Of a stretch of DNA of 64,000 nucleotides, positions 50,327 to 62,666 are shown piece by piece. Origin of the DNA: Octopus sinensis (lineage: Eukaryota); assembly GCF_006345805.1 (NCBI RefSeq), contig NC_043023.1, positions 14,942,001-15,006,000 of the forward strand, in the 5' to 3' direction. Under the pieces are notes generated by a model that saw only the letters and a program-made list of their open reading frames with translations, did no database searches and was not told the origin of the DNA. How positions within the stretch are numbered: position 1 is the stretch's first letter; every line of letters begins with the position of its first letter. The translations under genes were made by a program, and so were the position numbers.

Positions 50327-50999
50327 TTAAATGATGGCGTTAAAAGAAGGCGGCGAGCTGGCAGAAACGTTAGCACGCCGGGCGAAATGCTCAGCAGTAT
50401 TTCGTCTGCCGCTACGTTCTGAGTTCAAAATCCGCCCAGGTCGACTTTGCCTTTCATCCTTTCGGGGTCGATTAAATAAGTACCAGTTACGCACTGGGGT
50501 CGATATAATCGACTAAATCCGTTTGTCTGGCCTTGTTTGTCCCTTCTGTGTTTAGCCCCTTGAGGGTAGTAAAGAAATAGGTTAAATGATGGTGATGATA
50601 TGCATGTGCCAATGGCACGTAAAAAGCACTCACTACACTCTCACAGTGGTTGGCATTAGGAAGAGCATCCAGCTGTAGAAACCTTGCCAGATCAGATTGG
50701 AGCCCAATGTAGCAACCCTGTCATTGGGGGCTAACCTCTTTTTATGCAGGTACTTGATAACAAAACGAAGCCAAATTTTGTTCATCATCAAGAGATGTCA
50801 CTACTGGTTACTTTTGAAATCTTCTTTGAACAATCAGATGTGGGTTTATCTGGAAAGAATCACTACAGTTATTAACAAGAGCACTCAGAGAGCACAAACC
50901 TCTGCCAAGACAACATCAACATCCCCTCAACGGTTAGCCAGAGATGATTTTTAAAATGAGAATATCTGAAATAAACTTGACTGCTTTCACAAACGAGAA

Positions 51000-51240
51000 T
51001 ACTAAAATTAAACCCGACCACTCTCAAAATTTAAGTAAAAAACAGGAAAAATAATCCAAAATCCTTGTCCAGTACCAGATTGATCCCAAAATCTAATCAG
51101 TTCATACCAGTAACCAGACCAAACATCCCTGAAAGTTTCATCCAAATCCATCCAGCGGTTCTTGAGATATCTTGTCCGCGGTCAAACAAACAAACACAAC
51201 TGAAAACAATACCTCTGCCTTTGCTAAGGCGGAGGTAATA
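51000..51240 (+). mobile_element. Helentron/HINE-like non-autonomous element end
   Basis: Terminal hairpin ACCTCTGCCTT-TGCT-AAGGCGGAGGT preceded by (CAAA)n and GAAAGTTTCATCCAAATCC; class assigned from recalled family style. Confidence 0.5.
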
Positions 51241-51363
51241 AGAAGGGTTGAAATTTAAGGCATGCAAGATTTCACAGCTCTAGCATCACTCCTTCATAGT
51301 CAGCCTGTGAACATCTCAGCCCACCCCCATATCTTTTACTGTCTTGGTCACTAGGATGCTGTT

Positions 51364-51928
51364 TTCAGAAACACACCTCTCCAATTTAATCCTAACCTTA
51401 ACACTAACCCTTACCCTAACTCTAACCCAGACACTAACCCAAGCATTAACCCTAACACTAACCCTTACCCTAACCCTAACACTAAGCCTAACACTAACCA
51501 GAACACTAACCCTAACACTAGCCCTAACACTAACTCTTACCCTAACCCTAACCCTAACACTAACCCTAACCCTAATACTAACCCAGACCCTAACTCTAAC
51601 CCAAGCACTAACCCTAACACTAACCCTAACACTAGCCCTAATACTAACCCTTACCCTAACCCTAACACTAACCTAACACTAACCCTAACCTAACCCTAAT
51701 ACTAACCCAGACCCTAACTCTAACCCAAGCACTAGCCCTAACACTAACCCTAACATAGCCCTAACACTAACCCTTACCCTAACTCTAACCCTAACACTAA
51801 CCCTAATACTAACCTTTACCCTAACTCTAACCCAAGCACTAACCCTAACTCTAACCCTAACCCTAATACTAACCCTAAAACTATCCCTAATACTAACCCT
51901 AGCAATATTGGAGACATGTGTTTCTGAA
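51364..51928. repeat. Interstitial degenerate telomere-like (CCCTAA)n array enclosed by 22-bp inverted repeats
   Basis: CCCTAA/CACTAA/CTCTAA/CCCAGA hexamers from about 51390 to 51902; TTCAGAAACACACCTCTCCAAT versus ATTGGAGACATGTGTTTCTGAA (20/22). Confidence 0.85.
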
Positions 51929-52025
51929 GAAGCTCTGTCGAGTGGGGGAGTATATATGCAACAGAATGTGGGAAGCTAGCATTATGAGTTACTGACCCTG
52001 GGTGGACTTTTGATCCTTTGATATA

Positions 52026-52290
52026 CAGTGGTCCCTCGACTATCGCAGGTGTTACACTCCAAAACCTCCCATAAAAATAATTCAAATCTGAAAAAATATA
52101 AATGCCCATTGGCCGCAGAATCCTGACATATACTGAGGAGTCCACGATATAAATTTATATATATTAGCCAGAAAAATCCACAGTGTATTGAGTGCACGAT
52201 AGGTGAACCTCGATGGGTGAACCGCAATTTACTGAGTGCAAGATAGGTGGACTGCAATGTAGTGAGTGCATGATGGGTGAACTGCGATGG
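52026..52290 (+). mobile_element. pogo/Tigger-like Tc1-mariner MITE remnant
   Basis: TA-CAGTGGTCCCTCGACTATCGC left end; right end degenerate. Confidence 0.5.
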
Positions 52291-53065
52291 GAGAATTTTT
52301 TTTCTCAGAATACAAGGTTTACTATTTAGCTACATCTCCCTCTCAACCTCTCCTATGCCTTGCTCATCATCTCTTACTCCCCAAACTATCATACCCTCAC
52401 CACTAAGCCACACAGCCTCTGTTATCACCAAGCAAGTTCTTGAATCACTGACAAAAAAAAGAACTTTTTCTCTCAGAATTCAAGGTTTACTATTTAGCTA
52501 TCCCCTTATGTACCCCCTCTACATCTCCCTCTTAACCTCTCCTATGCCTTGCTCATTATCTCCTACTCCCTAAACCAGCATCCTACACCTGCTCCATTCT
52601 CTCTCATCTTATCCACTGTCCATTCTGGAATTCTCAATTCAGCCACAACTCCACCCCTTTTCATCACTCCCTACATTTACTTCTAACCACATGTTATTAA
52701 CCCCTTCCTGATTTACAGCTCATATCATCTTCCCTTTCTGAGGGTTTTGTTCAAACAACCCACCCCTACCATTTTGCCTTATACCTAGACAATCCCTCCC
52801 ACCCTTCTAATGGTTTAATTCAGTTGATCTTAACCCCCCCCATCCTTTTTTTCTGGGGGCTTTGTTCAAACAAAGCATCCCTTCAATTTTGACTTTTTCC
52901 TAAATGCTCCCTCCCACCCTTCTAATGGCTTCATTCATTTGGTCTTAATCACCCCTTTTTTTTTGTATTGCCCACACTCCCTTTTAAGTAGTTGTTATGC
53001 CTAGTGCTCTCCTTATAAGTAACTAGCCGCTAAGCCCGGTTTGGATGATGTGGCTATGATCATTT

Positions 53066-53566
53066 TAGGTTAGGCATATGTAAATGAAAATTAAGTTCAG
53101 ACCTGTACTTGGTAGCTAGACCTGGAAGAAATAGCTGCCAAATCTCCCTCAAAACACCCTACTGTCTTAATCCGACAATTCTGCCTATTATGTAGTTTTA
53201 ATGAGAAACTGTAACTAAAGATTATGGTTATTAACCCCACAAAGGGGTGAAAGAAGAGAGCGAAAGTTTTGGCTGACTGTCATCCTGTACTCCCCTTGTT
53301 GCTAGCGAAATGGTATATGCCGGCTGTGTGAGCAACTGGTAGTTTTAATGGTGGAACAAACAGGGGAATTCCATTAGTAAAAGTTTTAATCAATTTTCTC
53401 GGTAAGTATGGGGGCTAAGAAAAAAACACAAACTGCATTCCAATCTATGCACCCGTCACCACATGTGTGCCATTTTTCACACAAATCCACCCAGGCGTTT
53501 GGCTGTGAACCTCAAGACAAGAAAGAATACAATGATCACCCATGTCCAATTTATATTATAGATTAT
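53066..53566 (-). repeat. Inverted copy of the 3965-4430 repeat
   Basis: Reverse-complement match, with a ~20-bp insertion near 53105. Confidence 0.85.
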
Positions 53567-54651
53567 ATCTAGTACCACCACATCACCCTTTTAAGCAGTT
53601 GTGGTGCCTAACACCTACCTAAGTGGTGTGTGATGTGTCATTACAAAACTAATTTCACATGGATGATGGTTTATAAATTTTACTCTAAAAATTGACTGTA
53701 TAAGCTGTGAAATGATAAAAAAGTTAATGATAGTCGCAGGAGTGGCTGTGTGGTAAGTAGCTTGCTTACCAACCACATTGTTCCGGGTTCAGTTTCATTG
53801 TGTGGCACCTTGTGCAAGTGTCTTCTACTATAGCCTCGGGCTGATGAAAGCCCTGTGAGTGGATTTGGTAGACGGAAACTGAAAGAAGCCCATTGTATAT
53901 ATGTATATATATATATATATATACATGTGTGTGTGTATATGTTTGTGTGTCTGTGTTTGTCCCCCTAGCATCGCTTGACAACCACATGGTTCTAGGTTCA
54001 GTCCCACTGCGTGGCACCTTGGGCAAGTGTCTTCTACTATAGCCTCGGGCTGACCAAAGCCTTGTGAGTGGATTTGGTAAATGGAAACTGAAAGAAGCCC
54101 ATCGTATATATGTATATATATATGTATGTGTGTGTATATGTTTGACCCCCAGCATCGCTTGACAACTGATGCTGGTGTGTTTACGTCCCCGTCACTTAGC
54201 AGTTCGGCAAAAGAGACCGATAGAATAAGTACTGTGGTCGATTTGCTCGACTAAAGGCGGTGCTCCAGCATGGCCGCAGTCAAATGACTGAAACAAGTAA
54301 AAGAATAACAGAATATCTCTTGAGGAATATAAAAACAAAAGAGTTAAAGAGATTTGAATTAAAACTTTTCATCAAAATTTTCTGTTAATTAATGTTCCGA
54401 ACATCAGCTAAATAATTATAAGTTATTCAATAAATTGTTACTCTCTTTTACTCTTTTATTTGTTTCAGTCATTTGACTGTGGCCATGCTGGAGCACCGCC
54501 TTTAATCGAGCAACTCGACCCTGGCACTTATTCTTTGTAAGCCCAGTACTTATTCTATCGGTCTGTTTTGCCGAACCGCTAAGTGACGGGAACATAAACA
54601 CACCAGCATCGGTTGTCAAGCAATGCTAGGGGGACAAACACAGACACACAA

Positions 54652-54718
<67 letters not shown>

Positions 54719-56344
54719 TATGACGGGCTTCTTTCAGTTTCTGTCTACCAAATCCACTCACAAGGCTTTGGTCAGCCCGAGGCTATAGTAGAAGACACTT
54801 GCCCAAGGTGCCACGCAGAGGGACTGAACCCAGAACCATGTGGTTGGTAAACAAGCTACTTACCACACAGCCACTCCGGCACCTGTTCATAATTTTCAAA
54901 ATAAATTTCATCAGGAATATGGTAGATAAAGGGTTGAAGTTATCTAAATTAAACCCTTTCATTAAAATTTCATGATAATTTATCTTTGAAACACCAACTC
55001 AATAATTCTTTCTACTGGAAGTACAAGGCCTCAAATTTGGAGGAAAGGATTAAGTCAATTACATCGACCTCAGTGCATAACTGGTACTTATTTAATCGAC
55101 CCTGAAAGGCAAAATTGACCTTGGTGGAACTTGAACTCAGAACATAGCAGCAGATAAAATACTGCTAAGCATTTCACCCAGCGTGCTAACGATTCTGCCA
55201 GCTCGACGCCTTAGCCCTTCCGTTACTATATTTATTTTGAGATGCTCTGAGTTTCTTTCAATTATTTTAAATATAACAAAGAATTTAGTAAAATAACTTA
55301 GTTATCATTCAGCTAGTGTTAGGAATATAAATTGTAACTAAGGTTTGGTGGAAGATTTCAATTCAAAACTTATGAAAACAAGACATTTGTATTCAGAGCC
55401 AGAGCCGGTTTCAGCCAGATTTATATCAAAAGGGTTAAAAATATCATGGTGACTTTAACCCTTTTGTTACCGTATTTCTGTCAAGATGCTCTGTGTTTCT
55501 TTCAATTAATTTTAAATATAATAAAAAATTTAGTAAAATTACTTAGTTATCATTAAACTATTGTTAGGAACATAAATTATGACTAAGGTTTGGTGGAAGA
55601 TTCTAATTCAAAACTTATGAAAATAAGACATTTGTACTACAGAGCCAGAGCCGGTTTCAGCAGGATTAGTAACAAAAGGGTTAAACACCAACTTAATACT
55701 AATAAAGTTACTCTACTAAACTCTTTATTTTCAAACCTATTGAAACAAAGTCAGTGCATTTCAACAGAAAATATGGTAACTAAAGGGTTAAAGTGATCTA
55801 AATAAAACCTTCTGTAAAAATTTTTATACTCTTACTCTATTACTTGTTTCAGTCATTTGACTGCAGCCATGCTGGAGCACCGCCTTTAATCGAGAAAATT
55901 GATCCCCGGACTTATTCTTTGTAAGCCTAGTACTCACTCTATTGGTCTCATTTGCCGAACTGCTAAGTTACGGGGATGTAAACACACCAGCATCAGTTGT
56001 CAAGCAATGTTGGGAGGACAAACACAAACACACATGCATATATATACATACATACGACGAGCTTCTTTCAGTTTCCATCTACCAAATCCATTCACAAGGC
56101 TTTGGTTGGCCTGAGGCTATAGTAGAAGACACTAGCCCAAGGTGCCATGCAGTGGGACTGAACCTGGAACCATGTGGTTCGTAAGCAAGCTACTTACCAC
56201 ACAGCCACTCCTGCACCTATGTTAATTTATCTTCCAAACACCAGATGAGAAAGTTACTCCATGAAATTCTTCATTATTTTCAACCTATCCTTTTACCTAA
56301 GGAAAGGGGTCTATCTTTACTGTGGAATCCCTCTATTTGTTGGC

Positions 56345-57360
56345 CATACAAGAGAATTTTCAGAATGTGATCAGCTTGTCTTTGAACAACATGTCAGGGA
56401 GAAGCACCACTGATGCTATATTTGTGGTAAGACAGCTACAGGAGAAATTCACCACCAAAGATATACCCCTTTTGTTGACATGAAGAAAGCATTTGACAGG
56501 GTTCCCCCAATCTCTTATCTAGTGATTAATGCGGAAATTAGGGATAGATGAGTGGTTGGTGAGAGATGTACAAGCCATGTACAGAGATACTATCAGTTAG
56601 GTGGTTGGCAACAAGTATAGCAAAGAATTCCAGGTAGAAATAGGGGTTCACCAAGGATCAGTCCTTATTCCCCTCTTGTTCATCATTGTCCTCGAGGCAA
56701 TAACTGAGGAATTCAAGACAGGATGCTCCTGGGAGCTCTTCTATGCTGCTCTGATAGCTGAGTCACTTACCAGAAGTAGAGAAGTTCCAGGCATGGAAGC
56801 AAGGTCTAGAATTGAAGGGCTTTAGAGTTAACCTAACAAAAACCAAAGTCTTAGTAAGTAGGTAGGCAGACAAATCACAAATCTCTTCAGGCAGATGGCC
56901 CTGCTCGATCTGTAGAAATGGTGTAGGTAGAAACTCCATAAGATGTACCCGGTGTAAGCTATGGACATATAAGAGGTGCAGCAATTTCAAAGGATGGTTA
57001 ACTGGGAAGATAGTTTTTGTGTGTGGAAGATGCACAGATGCCATAAACACTGAAAATATACAGAAAACAGATTCCATCACATGTCAGGAGAAAAAAGCTA
57101 CAAATAGTTGATATCTTCCATCATCTACATGGTAAAAAGTACCATTCGAGTGTGGCCAATGCCAGTGCTGCCTGACTAGCACCCATGTCAGTGGCTATAA
57201 AAAGTACCATTCAAACATGGCCAATGCCAGTGCCGCCTGACTGGTATCTGTGCCAGTGGCATGTAAAAAGCACCCACTACACTCTCAGAGTGGTTGGCGT
57301 TAGGAAGGGTATCCAGCTGTAGAAATCATGTCAAATCAGTTCGGAGTCTGGTGCAGCCTC
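56345..57360 (+). pseudogene. 5'-truncated RTE-clade LINE: RT domain, Cys-rich finger and 3' UTR; frameshifted
   Basis: GRSTTDAIFVVRQLQEK, VDMKKAFDRVP, GVHQGSVLIPLLFIIVLE, ELFYA and WPCSICRNGVGRNSIRCTRCKLW..RCS...FVCGRC; followed by RTE 3' UTR modules. Confidence 0.9.
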
Positions 57361-58046
57361 CGATCAAGTACCAGTTACACACTGGGTCGATGTAATCGAC
57401 TTAATCCCTTTGTCTGTCCTTGTTTGTCCCCTCTATGTTTAGACGGGTTTTTTTTTCTCTATTTTGTTGCACACACGCATTTTTACTAATACATACTCGG
57501 TGAAGCTACACATTAGCGTCGTAATTTTACGTTCGCTATTTCCAGTAAATATCGGTACTTAGTTGTGCCATTTATTTACTAATTTGTGTATTTTTCCCTC
57601 ACGGGCTACTTTTTACTGGAAGGCAATACTTTGTATTGCATTACTGATATTTTGAAACTTCTTCACCGTTTCTCTTACTGTTAGCGTTCCGTATTTCAGT
57701 CGAGTGTGTTAGTATTTATGTGGTAACATCGTAGTTTCGTCTTGGTATATGTTTGGCTGAAGAAGGTAAAGCAAATATGGGTGAGAGACATATCTTGCAA
57801 AACCTGAAACCTGCAGGTACCACATTATCCATTTTCCGGGTGTTTCATCTTTCAGATGTTCTCCCTGGAGGTAAGACGGTTTTTTTTTTTTTTTCTCTAT
57901 TTTGTTGCACACACGCATTTTTACTAATACATACGCGGTGAAGCTACACATTAGCGTCGTAATTTTACGTTCGCTATTTCCAGTAAATATCGGTACTTAG
58001 TTGTGCCATTTATTTACTAATTTGTATATATATATATATATATATC

Positions 58047-58080
<34 letters not shown>

Positions 58081-58630
58081 ACAAAGTGTACGTACGCCGC
58101 TATATATATATATATATATAATATGTGTGTGTATCTTTGTGTTTGTGTTCCCCACCACCACCACTAGACAACTGGTGTTGGTTTGTTTACGTTCGGCAAA
58201 AAGACACTATTGGAATAAGTACCAGGCTTTCAAAAAAATACTGGGGTTGATTCGTTTGACTAAAACAGAGGTGGGGGAGTATGTTTTTAATGTGGCAGGC
58301 AAAAATTTCCAAAGAAAAATGTCCGCGGTAATTTTATTCAGCTGAATACAACGCCATTGATTGGTTGAAATTACCGAAATACGACAGCTTTAAAATGAAA
58401 TAACTTCGTAAATTTAAACTTTTCTCAAAAACGCTAAGAGTAAAAGATATTTTACATGACACATTTTATCAGTATACGAAGTTTGAAAGTGTTTAGTTAC
58501 AACAAATTATTTTTTAAATCTGCCGGTCAAAAGGTAAAGATCCCAAGGCGGTACTCCAATCATGGCTGCAGTCCAATAACTGAAACAAGTAAAAGATATA
58601 AGACCAAGAACAGGCTCCGTCAGAGTGTTC

Positions 58631-59358
58631 GGATCTTTTCCTTTTGAACGCCAGTTTTCAACACAATTAACTAAACACTTTTAAACTTCGTATACTGGTA
58701 GAATGTGACAAAATAAAACATTTTTTTTCTCTTGGCTTTCTTGAGAAAATTGTAATTTGTAAGTTTAACGTAGTTTAATTTTTCGAATTTTAACCAATCC
58801 TATACCCTCTATTGAGCTAAAATCATTTGCTGCGTCTAAAACTGAGACAACATCCTGTCACTAACCCTAACCCTAAATTTTAGCCTTTCGGTTTTTTTTT
58901 CTTAATTGTTAAATTAATTTAAGGATAACAATTAAGAAAAAAAACAAAAGGCTAAAATGAAAGCAATGGAAAATAATTTTAATTTAACAATTAAGAAAAA
59001 AAACGAAAGCAAAAACTCAAAACAAAAACAAAACGAATAATTTTAGACACATGCGTAACAATTAAATTAATTTAACAATTAAGAAAAAAACGAAAGGCTA
59101 AAATTTAGGGTTAGGGTTAGTGACAGGATGTTGTCTCAGTTTTAGACGTAGCAAATAATTTTAGCTCAATAGAGGGCATAGGATTGGTTAAAATTCGAAA
59201 AATTAAACTACGTTAAACTTACAAATTACAATTTTCTCAAGAAAGCCAAGAGAAAAAAAAACGTTTCATTTTGACACATTCTACCAGTATACGAAGTTTT
59301 AAAGTGTTTAGTTAACTAGAAATTGTATTGAAAACTGCCGTTCAAAAGGAAAAGATCC
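58631..59358. mobile_element. Foldback/MITE with ~290-bp terminal inverted arms; truncated relatives at about 58350-58530 and 61498-62208
   Basis: Arms 58631-58921 and 59066-59358; ends GGATCTTTTCCTTTTGAACG / CGTTCAAAAGGAAAAGATCC; probable 8-bp TSD GAGTGTTC/AAGTGTTC; internal TAACCCTAACCCTAA. Confidence 0.85.
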
Positions 59359-59639
59359 AAGTGTTCCAGTTATTTCAAGCAACAGAACAGTCTGCCTATG
59401 AAGTTGACGCGTGAGTGGCTGAGCACTCCACAGCCATGCGTAACCTTAACCTTAAACATAGTTCTCAGGGTGATTCGGCGTGACACAGAACGTGACAAGG
59501 TCGATCCTTTTGAATGATAAGTGTAACTCATTTTAATCAAAGACCACAATGAACCACCGGAAATTGAACTCACGGTCTTACGATCATGAATCGAATACTC
59601 TGACCCACCAAGCCACGCGCCTTCAAAACATAAAAGATA

Positions 59640-60085
59640 TATACGCACACACGCACGCTCACACACACACACACGCACGCTCACACATACACACACGCAC
59701 GCTCACACATACACACTCACACTTACACACACACGCGCGCGTTCACACACACATACACGCACGCTCACACACACGCACGCTCACACATACACACTCACAC
59801 TTACACACACACGCGCGCGTTCACACACACATACACGCACGCTCACACACACACGCAAGCTCACACACGCACGCTCACACACACACACACGCGCGCGTTC
59901 ACACACACATACACGCACGCTCACACACACACGCAAGCTCACACACGCACGCTCACACACACACACGCGCACGCTCACACACACACACACACACGCTCCC
60001 ACACGCACGCTCACACACACGGGCACGCTCACACATACACACACACGCACGCTCACACGCTCACACACACACACGCGCGCGCTCA
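59640..60085. repeat. (CA)n/(CACG)n/(CG)n alternating purine-pyrimidine-rich tract with higher-order repeats
   Basis: ACACGCGCGCGTTCACACACACATACACGCACGCTC recurs three times. Confidence 0.9.
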
Positions 60086-60289
60086 AAGTGGACATTATAA
60101 CACAGAGAGGCGAAGGAGCTTCTCTCAGCAGCTAAAGGACATTAGCCGAAACAAAACTGTAATTTCATAAACAACGTTAAACACAGAATAAACAGATCTG
60201 GCCATGATTGCTTCTTCTAGATGTTTGCCTTTCTGGGTTTCCCGCCTCTTTACAGCTCTCGCGGATATAGAAATATCTGTCCTCCCCTT

Positions 60290-62627
60290 CACTTTCCCTC
60301 TTTCCTCGCCTCCTTTTGCTTCTTTAACCCTTTCGTTCTTAACTTTACTTCTACTCTTTTGAAACTATCTGCCTCTCACTTCTCCCCCTTTTCCCTCTCC
60401 CTCCTTTCACCTTTTCTTTCGCTTCCTCTCTCACTCTCTCTTTAACCCTTTGAAACTATCAGCCTCTCACTTCCCTCTCCCTCCTTTATCCTTTTCTTTC
60501 GCTCTCTCACTCTCTCTTTAACCCTTTGAAACTATCTGCCTCTCACTTCTTCCCTCACTCTTTTCCCTCTCCCTCCTTTTCTTTCGCTCCCTCTCTCACT
60601 CTCTCTTTAACCCTTTCGTTCTTAACTTTAATCTTTTAAAACTATATGCCTCTCACTTCTCCCCTTCTCCCTCTCCCTCCTTTTTCCCTTTCTTTCGCTC
60701 CCTCTCTCACTCTCTCTTTAACCTTTTCGTTCTTTTTAATCTTTTGAAACTATCTGCCTCTCACTTCTACCCTTTTCCTTTTCCCTCCTTTTTCCTTTTC
60801 TTTCGCTCCCTCTCTCACTCTCCTCACTCTCTCCCTTTCATATATCTGAGCATTCCTCCTCTCTACGCTTACTCTTTCTCTCTGTCTTCATAATCTTAAC
60901 TCCCTCCTCTCTCTCTCTCTCTCTCTAAATAACTTAACTTTCCCTCTCTATTTGCTTATGTCTGTAACCCCTCTCTCTTTATTCTTAATCTCCCCTATCT
61001 CTTTCTTCTGCTTTTCATACCTCAACTTTTCTCCCTTTCTTTCTTAACTTTACTTCTACTCTTTTGAAACTATCTGCCTCTCACTTCTTCCTTTTTCCCT
61101 CTCCCTCCTTTTTCCTTTTCTTTCTCTCCCTCCCTCACTCTCTCTTTAACCCTTTCGTTCTTAACTTTACTCTTTTCAAACTATCTGCCTCTCACTTCTT
61201 CCCTTTCTCTTTTCCCTCTCCCTCCTTTTTCCTTTTCTTTCGCTCCCTCTCTCACTCTCTCTTTAATCTTTTGAAACTATTTGCCTCTCACTTCTTCCCT
61301 TTCCCTTTCCCTCTCCCTCCTTTTCCCTTTTCTTTCTCTCCCCCTCCCACTCTCTATCAATTAGCTTTAATTCTCACCCTCTCTTTTTATACTTTATCTT
61401 TCTCTCTTTTTAATTCCGCCTCTCTTTAGTCTTAAATTCCCACTCTCTCCCTCTGAATATTTAATCTTCGGATCTTTTCGCTGAATATTTAATCTTCGGA
61501 TCTTTTCGGTTTGAACGGCAATTTTTTTCTAGCGCTACGTTCTGAGTTCAAATTCCGCCGAGGTCGACTTTGCCTTTCATCCTTTCGGGGTCAATAAATT
61601 AAGTACCAGTTACGCACTGGGGTCGATGTAATCGATTTAATCCCTTTGTCTGTCCTTGTTTGTCCCCTCTGTGTTTATCCCCTTGTGGGTAGTAAAGAAA
61701 AAGGCAGTTTTTTTCTCGCGGTGTCATATGAAATTGTCACCCATAATTATGACCCTAGTATCGATCTATTGCATTTCAATCTGTTTTAGGGTTAGGGGTG
61801 TGGGGAAGGGTATCTTTTTTCTTCCCAAATGTAAATAAACCCAATCTGTTTCTTAAACGAGGGACATATTCATACGGCACAGAATGTTTTTTACCTCAAT
61901 AGACGTCATTGTGGGAGGAAGGGTATCTTTTTTCTTCACAAATGTAAATAAACCCAATCTGTTTCTTAAACGAGGGACATATTCATACGGCACATAATGT
62001 TTTTTACCTCAATAGACGTCACTGATTGGTTGAAATTGCAGAAATTGAAGAAAAAACAACAATGAATATCTTACAAACTATAGAATTTTCTCAATAAAGC
62101 CAAGAGAAAAAGATGTTTTATAAACACATTCTACCAGTATACGAAGTTTAAAGTGTTTAGTTACGTGGAAATTATTTTAAAAAACTGCCGTTCAAACCGA
62201 AAAGATTCCTCTCTTTTTATACTTTATCTTTTTCTCTTTTTAATTAAAAAGGGTAAAGCCCCCCTTCGGTTATGAATGACCATGGGATTGCACCTAGAAA
62301 GTTACCCTCCTAGTCACAAGTCCGGGCAAGGTTGTTTATTGAAGACCAGCAGTCGCCCATGCATACCGGCCTCCCCTCTCCACGTCACCGATGTTGTCCA
62401 AGGGAAAGGCAAAGGGGCCGATACAGCTTGGCACCTGTGACGTCGCAACTCATTTCTACAGCTGAGTGAACTGGAGCAACGTGAAATGAAGCGTCTTGCT
62501 CAAGAACACAACACGCAGCCCGGTCCGGGATTCGAGCTCACAACCTCACGATCGTAAGCTCGACGCTCTAACCACTGAGCCAAGCGCCTTCACTCTTTTT
62601 AATTACATCTCTCTTTATTCTTAAATT

Positions 62628-62666
<39 letters not shown>

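Noticed and set aside
50750-50954. Possible terminal exon after TTTTATGCAG ending ...RLARDDF*
   Set aside because: No recognisable homology and no upstream partner exon; two frames are similarly open
51344-51676. (LT)n ORF
   Set aside because: Translation of the telomere-like hexamer array
53843-53860. GGGCTGATGAAAGCCC hammerhead-like string
   Set aside because: Point variant of the SINE A sequence GGGCCGACCAAAGCC; no stem II or GAAA arrangement
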